From positions 1-64,000 of the forward strand of contig NW_021834402.1 in NCBI RefSeq assembly GCF_006345805.1: 64,000 nucleotides of DNA, read 5' to 3'. How positions within the stretch are numbered: position 1 is the first letter of the stretch; each line of letters starts with the position of its first letter. Under the pieces are notes generated by a model. The model saw only the letters and a list, made by a program, of their open reading frames with translations, ran no database searches and was not told the DNA's origin. Below are positions 53,583 through 64,000 of the stretch, piece by piece. This DNA comes from Octopus sinensis (lineage: Eukaryota). The position numbers and the translations under genes are program-made.

Positions 53583-55245
53583 TATGAGACGATATTAACT
53601 CATTAACTGCCAAATTGCTTCACATGTACTTTTCTGGCTTTGCCAGGTGTTTTTGAAGTTAAAACAATATATAATATTTAAATTCTCTTCATATATGAAT
53701 TATTTTGGAAATTAACAATTTTTTCGAAAAGTCCCAAATGAAAATCGCTGAAAAAAAAGCATATATATTCTTTTCTGTTCAATTTCAAAAATAAATATTT
53801 TAGTTTCTTTGAGACTATAATACCAAATATGAATGTGTATGAAATATCAGTGAATGATATAGATGGGAAATGGAAAATATTTTTTAAATTTTTCATAATA
53901 CTCAATATGTTTTTAGTTTTAAAATTGCGATTTATGACATAAAATGTCTTCTAGAATTAGCCAGAGCTCACAATCTTTTCTATTATATGCACAAGACCCG
54001 AAGTTTTGTGGGGAAGTGGTCCTGTCGATTAGATCGACGCCAGTACGCTATTGGTATTTAATTTAACGGCACTGAAAGAGTGAAAGGCAAAGTCGACTTC
54101 GGCGGAATTTGAATTCAGAGCTAATAATGACAAAATTTAACTACTAAATAATGTTAAACACACCTCTGCAAATGCAATGTGTATAAGGTATTCACTTCAT
54201 ATACAACGGACAATCGACAGGGAAGACTGGATTTAGCAGATCCCCAAACAGGACTTATGGCAAGCAATGGCTTAATAGAAAAAACAGAAACGAAGGAATT
54301 CTTGAGTGTTACGTAAGGATGAACAGACATTGACTTTTTTTTACATAAATGAAACAATATGGCGAAGCTACACAAATGTATGCCTCTCAGTAGGAGTATC
54401 ATTTTATTTTTCACGTGTACTCTTTTTTTTGGCTTTAGTCATTTAGCTGCGGCCATGCTGGGGCACTGCTTTGAAGGCTGTTTAGTCGAAGAAGTCAACA
54501 CTACGATTTATTCTATTTTTCAAACCTGGTACTTATCCTATCGGTCATTTTTACTGAACGACTAAATTACGGAGACGTAATATATCTTCAACATCTCGCT
54601 CCCTCAAAAGATCTGATCTTACGCCTAAATGAGAAGACATTATTAATATTAATAGTTTAATATACACGTTTGAAACAGCATTGGAAGGGAATACCAGTTT
54701 TCAAAACAGTAATGAACCACCGCATACGTTGTTTCGACTTAATTTCGTCTTCTCAGTGACGAATATTGTACACTTCCTGATCTTAGAAGAGAAGCGATGT
54801 TTCATATATAGAAATCGGTATAGAAAATATTCATTAAATTGTACGAAAGCTATCGAAGCTAGAAGTATACTAAATATATAAATATACGTATGTATCTTTC
54901 TAAAAGTTTTTCTACAAAAACAGCTCTTGATTGAACAAAAGAATTGTTTGCATAGAAGCTGTAATAGGTTGTACGCATACAGACACACATATTTACATAC
55001 ATGCATATATACATACTTTCACACACATACACACACACACATGTATACACATACACACATATTATTAATAAGATACGGAAGGCAGAAGATATGAGAGTCT
55101 TCATTGATCTACAATCGTTCTACAATCGTTTCGATCCATCAAGCATTGCTTACACGCGGAAATACACCTAAACAACCTGTACCATATTTCATCCCGATGG
55201 ATCAATGCTAAATATATATATATATACATATATATCAACTGAAAA

Positions 55246-55437
55246 TTAGATAAACTTAGATGTTTCGACCAAAGATTGGTCCAGAACATGTCAAACGTAA
55301 TCGCACCACCTGATAGGATTATCTAAATCCTGTTTAAGTCAAGTTTTGTTTATGGTCCATGCAAGTAGTGGGTTGTTGTTGAGTGAGTTGCATCCAGATA
55401 TGGGTGACTTATCCGGTATTCCGTGAAGACATCTGTC
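55246..55437 (-). mobile_element. CR1-group LINE 3' terminal fragment
   Basis: gtttcgaccaaagattggtccag...caccacctgataggatt matches 36216-36300. Confidence 0.75.
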
Positions 55438-55447
55438 CACATCTCGC

Positions 55448-55643
55448 ATGTGACCGCGTGTATACCGTTGGCGATTTTTTTCCTCTGTCTTCCCTTCTCT
55501 GGATCTTTCCTTCTCCTATGTTTCCGACGAAGAGCTCCGCTCGAAACGTTAAACCCTCCTTCTTTCCTGAGCGTCCAATAATACTATATTTGTTCCACGT
55601 CCTCGCGTTGTTGTGTTTTTTGTGCTTTCATGTTTGGATTAAC
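55448..55643 (+). mobile_element. Second copy of the Penelope-like pLTR element
   Basis: atgtgaccgcgtgtataccgttgg...gtttccgacgaagagctccgctcgaaacgttaaac...tttggattaac, then (TA)n. Confidence 0.65.
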
Positions 55644-55884
55644 TTTATATATATATATATATATATATACGATCCTACTCATTTTTGTGTTTTATTAATT
55701 AAAATAAAGCAATTGATCTGCTCTCTATGGAAGCGGAAATCATATTAATTTATTAGGGATTTATATTGCAAAATATTTATTATACCTTCATTCGTCCACT
55801 TTGTTAAAATAAACTCCCATTGGGTGATATCATTTATGTATGTATGTATGTAAGTATTTATGTATGAATATATGTATATCTACG

Positions 55885-55964
<80 letters not shown>

Positions 55965-56859
55965 ATACATATATATACATACATACATAGACAGACAGAC
56001 AGGCAGATAGATAGGTATTTTCACATCCATTCACTCATCCATATTATCTAAACTTCCATTCTTTTCTTATTTTTATATTCATCTCCCTACTGTAGTACAT
56101 GTCCCTTTTTTAACTCCCTCCCTGTTTTTAAATATGAGTATATGTGTAGGAGTGAGTACATACAAGTATATCCATACAGATATACATACATACATGCATA
56201 CATATATATATATATTATATATATATAATATATATATATATATATTATATATATATATTATATATATATATTATATATATATATATCATATCATATCATA
56301 TACCTACGTATGTAAGTACCTGCGTGTGTGCGTATGCGTGGAATTGTGTGTGTCTGTGTGTGTAGGTGCATCTGTGAGTGCATATGTGTTTGTGTCACGC
56401 ATTCTTGTCTATGTGTGTGCCCTATAATTGGGGTGAAGTTTATAATCCTTCGGACATAACGCAAACCCAGCAGGTGTTCATTTTTAGTAGATTTCCTTTC
56501 TCTATGGCCGTGCTTGTGTCTTTGCTTTGCTGGCAACGGATCGAAACCGACGTGAATTCTAATTACAAAATCTAACTGTTTGGTTACTGGATCCGTTATA
56601 CTTTTGGGCAGTTTTCCAATGTCCCGCCGCTAAGAGCCGGCTACTTGGTCATCGTTAAATTGCTCGCTATGGCCTTCGTCTACCTTTGTATACATCCACA
56701 CAGATATACACACAAACACAAACACACATGCACACACACACACACACAATTTCTCTCTCTCACACACACATGCACTCACACATACACTCACAGATGCATC
56801 CTCACACTTATATATGCTCATTCACTCATTAACATTAACATGTGTGTCTATATATATAT

Positions 56860-56898
<39 letters not shown>

Positions 56899-57071
56899 TG
56901 CATGTATATATATATATATATATATATCAGTATGTGTGTATATATACTTATATCTATCTCTATATATACATGTGTATATTTGTATATATATATATAGACA
57001 TATTGACATATGTTTATACATATATACATATATATATATGTGTGTGTGTGTGTATATATATACATGCATAT

Positions 57072-57118
<47 letters not shown>

Positions 57119-57126
57119 ACACACAT

Positions 57127-57157
<31 letters not shown>

Positions 57158-57949
57158 GCATGTATACGTATATACAAGCTATATACAATGTCAGCAAATG
57201 TAGGCTATATTTTGTTGGACATCCGCATTTAGGAGTTATTTCCTGTGACGTCGGTATATAATAACGAGTTCCTCATTCACACATACACACACGCGCTAGC
57301 TCGTAGATGCATGCACACATACACACACACATATTCACATACATACATACACCGGCATGGGCGTATGCACACTTAACTAATACACGTAAACACAACCAAT
57401 CTAGTACGCATATGCAATAGATGATGTACAAACTTACGGACACATGCATACATGCATAAACGCATACGTGCATACATAAATAAATATGCATACACACTAA
57501 CAAATACACAAACACACCGATACACATACTGGAGCAATCATACATATATAGCCACATGCTAACAACTAATTATAATTGCATGCATCTAGATTGGAATTAT
57601 CATAATAGACATGATAGAAACGCTTACACACATAGGCACACAGAAGTACACACAAACTCACATACAACTTCAAACACACACACACACACACCCACATACA
57701 CACGTAAACACAAACAGACATACACCTATCAAGTGAGAAATTTTAATCTCAAATTTTCGCACAAGGCCGGCAATTTCGAGGTAGCGCCTAAGCTGATTAC
57801 ATCGATCTCAGTGTTTGATCACAAAAGGATGAAGGGCAAAGGTGACCTCGGTGGAATTTGAACTCAGAGCATAAAAACTAAGCATTTTTACCCGGAATGG
57901 TAAAGATTCCGCCAGTTCCCCACCTTGTATCGAGCCACGGATAATGGGT

Positions 57950-58175
57950 TTCTTATTTCTTTACTACCCACAAGGGGCTAAACAGAGAGGGGACAAATAA
58001 GGACACACAAACGGTTTAAGTCAATTATATCAACCTCAGTGCGTAACTGGTACTTATTTAATCGAACCCGAAATGATGAAAGGCTAAGTCGACCCCGACG
58101 GAATTTGAACTCAGAACGTAGCGGCAGACGAAATATCGCTAAGCATTTCGCCCGGCGTGTTACCGGTTCTGCTAC
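57950..58175 (-). mobile_element. SINE-B monomer
   Basis: tatttctttactacccacaaggggctaaac...gaactcagaacgtagcggcagacgaaatatcgctaagcatttcgcccggcg. Confidence 0.85.
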
Positions 58176-60379
58176 AGATAATGGTTTTCTATAGCTAATC
58201 TGTTTCTTTATGTTCCGAATTGAAATACCAACAAGCGCCACATTGAACCCCATCCTTCCGGAGACCGAAGCAATACAGTACTGGGGTCAGTGAACGAGAT
58301 TAACCTTTGTTACTTAATTGCTGACTTTATTCCTTATTTAGAAATAATTATCATTAATGTTAAGGTGTCAAGCTTGGCGAATCATTGTAATGACGTCCGA
58401 AATTCTTGGAGGTTTTTTTCCGTTATTTCCTTCTTAGTCCAAATTCCTCTGAGGTCGACTTTACATTTATTTTCTCAGGGTCGATAAAATAAAGACCAGT
58501 TGATCACTGCGGTCCGTATAATTGACTGAACACCATCCACGAAATTTAGGGATTTTTCAAAAAGTGAGTTGGTAGTTTTGGAGAAAGCGTTAGTGGACAT
58601 TTTTCTAGCTCTTAATATTTTGATTTCAAATCCTGCCGAGATCATCTTTTCTTTTTATCCCTCTGGTTTCAACAACCCTATCAGTTAAGCAATTTGCTAC
58701 TAATTCCTAAAGTATCATTATGTTCTGCATGCACTCGTTCAATACCCGAACATTGCGAACTTGTAACTTTACGTTTAACTCCTGCTGACGCATGTAGGAC
58801 GCATTCGGCAATCGATTGAATCTAATGTGAAAATCGTCCCATCAATTCCTTTGTCCAGGAAGGACAGGCAATGTTTATCTACCTAGCGTACTTCGTTTGT
58901 CGTATTTCTCACATCAGTAAATAAACTAATTATCAGTCAAATGAATTATTCCCAATTGAGAAATCATTATCAATTTCTTATTTTCATTGCACGATTCCTG
59001 CGTAGCTTAAAGTGGCGCTATGTTGGCCTTTACTATATCTAGTATCTTCTTGTGGTTTTGTATTTTCTCATGTACTAGAAATATTCCGTTTAATGTGCAA
59101 CGTGCAGCAATGCTATTTTCTCCGTCATGCATATCAGGAAATCACGTGACATTTGTCACGCAACTGCTTGCATGCATTTTTTCTAACCATTCCCGAAGCT
59201 TCTCTAATTATGGTGATTGTTTGTCTCTTAGATGCCACTTCCTGGCTAGTTCTCTCTTTACCTAACTTTTTACCATTTATTTCAGAATATTTTTACTTAT
59301 TTGCTTTCGTTCTTCATTATCGGCTGTTTAAACTGATATTTCATTTACGTCCTCTATTTCTATTGCTATACCCTAGGCTATGATCTGGTTATCGTTCTCT
59401 CTGACCTTTTCTGGCGAAGATTTAGATCAACATTTTTTCCGTTGGTACTACATAATCAGCATCACTATAAGTTCCTCCTGTACTTTGGAGTACGTTGGTC
59501 AGCAAGGTCACACTACTAGAATTCATTGGTTGCAGTTTTCTATACATTCCATCACGTGATATAGGCCTCCCTTGTATCGGTTATAAATGTTCTGGGCGAG
59601 GAACACGTTGCTCTTCCTCCCTTTATTTTTCCCACTGGTGGTGCCTGTTTGGAAGCTGTTCTAGAATGGGGCTGTTTCTGGTAACTGAAGTATGAGATCT
59701 GTTTGTTGTAAACTTTCTTCTTGCTATTGTTTTGATTTCCGCTTTCTTTTGAATGTCTTTCGAAAGACCACATAACTGATGTGCTACGTGGTTTTGCCCC
59801 TACGTTCGAATCATTTTCAAGCACATTTGGGGAATACATCTAGCATTCTCTCGATGTTTGCGTTGTTCAAGTAACAAATAGCGCGCATTCTACCTCTCCT
59901 CTCTATATAGTCTCTCTTGCCCAAGACAGGGAAAGCACAGATTTTTAAGATAAAAAAAGCCTTTATTAATTAACCAACACTAAAACTTCAAACGCAAATG
60001 CAGTTTGCCTTTTTGCTTAGATACACAAAGCACTGAAGTCATAAATATATCATTTCCTCTGCGCTTGGTAAGAGTTAAGAAGAATATGAGGGGCAATTTC
60101 TGAAGGCTTCGTTTCGTAAACAGAAGAGAAACCCATTATCGATGTATTTTGCAAATGGACGCACTTACTTAGCCACATATCGTGTGATGTAACAATTTCC
60201 TATGTCCAGATTCTTATTTTTCATATAGGATAAAATAGAGCTACATGCGAAAAACAGCCTTCTCTGATACATACATACACACATGCATTCACACACATAT
60301 ACATACATATATATGTGTGTGTGTGTTTGTGTGTGAACGTGTGCGTGTGCGTATGTGTGTGTGTGTGTGTGTGGTGTGT

Positions 60380-60526
60380 GGAGGTGCGTGGCTTAGTGGT
60401 TAGGGTGTCAGTATCATGATCGTAAGATTGTGGTTCCCATTCCTGGACCGGGTGATGCGTTTTGTTCCTGAGCAAAACACTTCATTTCACGTTGCCCCAG
60501 TCCACTCAGCTGGCAAAAATGAATAA
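60380..60526 (+). mobile_element. SINE-C head and core
   Basis: ggaggtgcgtggcttagtggttaggg...ccagtccactcagctggcaaaaatg. Confidence 0.82.
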
Positions 60527-60598
60527 GGCTGCGATGGACTGGATGTATATATATATATACCTACACACACATATAGATGTGTGTGTATGTATTCGAAT

Positions 60599-60656
<58 letters not shown>

Positions 60657-60844
60657 GAGGTTGCAGGTAGCAACGAAAGAGCTTTGACAAACAAAAATAA
60701 AATAATCAGATATTTGATAAATGAGTGGAATTGAACCAGTGTACGTGTTAATTATACTGGCATAATAACCCTCCCTCGACACAACAACACACGCACACAC
60801 ACAACACACACACACACACACGCACACACACAGACACACACATA

Positions 60845-60875
<31 letters not shown>

Positions 60876-61719
60876 CTTCCTCGTCGCCTTGCTGCTATGG
60901 AAACTGCAGATAACACACCAGGTTGAAGCATCATTTGGAATTTCTCAATGGAGCAAGGGAAAACTTTGAAAGTACTGTGGCTGATGACAGTAACTATGAA
61001 CTCTTTTTGAAAAATATATTATTGTATTACAGAAATATTAGAAAACTTCACTTTAAAGCCAGCCAACACGCAAGCTTAAAAGCCATAGCTAGGAAGTCTG
61101 CAACAAATTAGACTTAATCATCTTAAAAGAAAAGAAGCACAAATCGGATAATATGATCTTAGATAGACATATTTTTCTGATTTTACATATTTTTTATTTC
61201 GTGAAATATTAATTTTTTTCTTATAAATTTTTTTCGGAAATCCAATAGAAAAAAATGGCCAATAAGATTTATTTCTAGCAGAAAGAAAGATACATACATA
61301 CATAGATAGGAATAAATAAATAAATAAATAAAATAAATAAGCATATTTAGTTATGCTTCAGGCTCGAATATCTTTGATCATTCAACTCTCAGATTAAGAA
61401 TGACCCGCAGTGAAAACTAAAATTAAATATATAAATACATAGAATTAATGATATTAACTTAAATACAAATAAATTTATTATGTAATTTTGTTTCGTAGTT
61501 TCCAAACAAATAGATTTAACAGTTGAAAGCAGGAAAAGCATCAATGAAAATTTGATATATAATTTTACATTATCGCTCAAACAAATCGCAACATATTACT
61601 CATATAATTCACGAATTAATAATATTAACAAGCACGTACATTTTGTATAACCTTATTGATATTTATATATCATTTGCATGATACAATAATGTACATATAT
61701 ACACACATACATACATACT

Positions 61720-61754
<35 letters not shown>

Positions 61755-62064
61755 GTATATATATATATATATATGTACGTATATATATATTTCTGTGTGT
61801 ATTATTTATTATTTATGTTTATGGAACAATATTATATCATATTATATTCAATTGTATTTTGTTGCATACAAATTGTTCAGTTCTGCAACCCTGTTTCTTA
61901 TATATATATTTTTTGCAATCTTTGGTATAAAATATACAATATTCCCTAAGCTGCAATTAACTGCATATAAACACATAACTAATTTTAAAAAAGCTTCTTG
62001 CGTTGATCGGAAATTAATTTGTGGGAAAGCATTAAACAAACGACAAAAAAAAACACCAACATCA

Positions 62065-62165
62065 ATATTATCATCACCATCGTGACCATACTACCATTAT
62101 TATTATTATTATTATTATTGTCATTATTATTATTATTATTATTATCATCATTATTATCAGTATTA

Positions 62166-62196
<31 letters not shown>

Positions 62197-62239
62197 TTAT
62201 TATTTTATGTTACTATTATTATTATTATTATTATTATTA

Positions 62240-62270
<31 letters not shown>

Positions 62271-62314
62271 TATTATTATTATTATTATTATTGTTATATC
62301 AGTATTATTACAAC

Positions 62315-62349
<35 letters not shown>

Positions 62350-62810
62350 TATTATTACTATTATTATTACTATTATATTATTATTATACTATTATTATTA
62401 TTATTATCATTATAATTATAATTATTATCATTATTGTTATTATTATCATCATCATCATCATCATTTTTATTATTAATATTATTATTGTTATTATTATCAT
62501 TATTATCATTATTATTATTATCATTATTATTATTATTATCATCAACATTATTATTATTATTATTAATATTATTATTATTATTATCATCAACATTATTATT
62601 ATTAATATTATTATTATTATTATTATGATCATCATTATACTTATTATTATTATGATTATTATTATTATCATCATCAACATTATTATTATTATTATTAATA
62701 ATATTATTAGTATCATCATCATCATCATTCTTCTTCTTCTTCTTCTCCTACTTGTTATTTTTATTATTATTGCTGTTATTATTATTATCATCATTATTTT
62801 TGTATTTTTA
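62065..62810. repeat. ~750-bp imperfect (ATT/ATC)n array
   Basis: Direct reading. Confidence 0.95.
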
Positions 62811-63384
62811 TTAAGAGAAAAATCAACAATAATAGTAATATATTATAATGTGGTAAGCACGTGTGAGGGCGTTTGTTTGATACACATGTATGTGGGAAGG
62901 AAATGTAGCCCACATATTTGGAAATGTGAAGGTTAGACAAACGGTAAAAAAAAAAGAAAACGCTAAATAAAATACATTCAGATATTGACACTACACACAA
63001 AAAAAGAAACTGTTAGTTTGTACGTGCTTCCGTATGTTTTCAGTGGCTATTGTTTTTAGTCACTTACATATATGTTTATCTTAATTGCATGTGCTTATGT
63101 CATGAATATATGTATACGTGTGTTAATATAGGTACGTACTTATGCATATGTGCATGTTTGTAAGTATGCCAGCACGTACGTGCGTATAATGTGTTTTATA
63201 ATCTGGGAGACAAAAAAAAAAAAACAGAGAAATACTTGAAATGCTTGTTTGTAAAAATAAATGTTTTTAAAATAGCTAAAACAAGCAACAAAGAGACAAC
63301 AAACGAAATAAACAAAAAAACACAACAGCCATCATTAGCATCATCATCATCGTCGTCATCATTATCGAATATACTACAAAACAG

Positions 63385-63513
<129 letters not shown>

Positions 63514-63529
63514 TAATAATAATAATAAA

Positions 63530-63699
63530 CATTTCTATTATAGGCACAAGGTACGAAATTTGGGGGAGGGGGTCAGACGATTAGATCGGTCCCAGTACGC
63601 AGCTGGTACTTAATTTATCGACTCCGAAAGGATTAATGCCAAAGTGGACACTGGCGCAGTTTGACCACAACCACCAACACCAACAACAGAAACAACAAC

Positions 63700-63752
<53 letters not shown>

Positions 63753-63980
63753 TTTCAAATTTTGGCACAAGGCCAGCAGTTTGGGGGGGGTTAATTCGGT
63801 TGCATATTGAGGGAGGGATAAATCGATTATATTGTCCCTCCCCCCAGTGTTAAACTTAGTACTTATTTTATCGGCCTTGCAAGGATGAAATGGGAAGTTG
63901 ACCTCGGAGGAATTTGAACTCAGTACAGAAAGCCGGACGAAATGCTGCTAAGTATTTAGCCCGACCCGTTGATGGTTTCA
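63530..63980 (-). mobile_element. Two degenerate SINE-B (B2-tail) copies separated by (AAT)n
   Basis: ggcacaagg tail, gtacttaatttatcga core and gaatttgaactcag B-box at 63536-63660 and 63752-63970. Confidence 0.65.
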
Positions 63981-64000
63981 AAGTTCGTTAGAAACCCAGC

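Noticed and set aside
59400-59870. Possible decayed gag zinc knuckle on the minus strand (YNRYKGG/ISRDG)
   Set aside because: Needs a frameshift and lacks the cysteines; not distinguishable from chance without a search.

Overview
AT-rich, microsatellite-saturated non-coding eukaryotic DNA, most likely from an octopus (inferred from the SINE families and the (TA)n/(TAA)n/(ATC)n load). No host protein-coding exon can be supported; almost every ORF in the track is a microsatellite artefact. The window is a transposon landscape: one near-full-length 5.3-kb Tx1-clade (L1 superfamily) non-LTR retrotransposon (14012-19351, minus), many copies of three tRNA-derived SINE families (my labels A, B, C), CR1 and RTE LINE fragments, a Tc1/mariner deletion derivative, two non-autonomous Helitrons, a HINE-like element, a 306-bp foldback/MITE and short Penelope-like elements carrying minimal hammerhead-ribozyme motifs. 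Main discovery: the Tx1 LINE sits inside a SINE-B copy with a 16-bp target-site duplication. That same 16-bp site is where headless SINE-B bodies are joined in a 7-unit array and in three other multimers. The LINE and SINE-B also share their last ~34 nt (30/34 identical, conserved stem-loop). Together this suggests a LINE/SINE pair in which the SINE is both passenger and preferred target of its LINE, and so grows self-nested arrays. Coordinates were read by eye and degenerate repeat boundaries are approximate.
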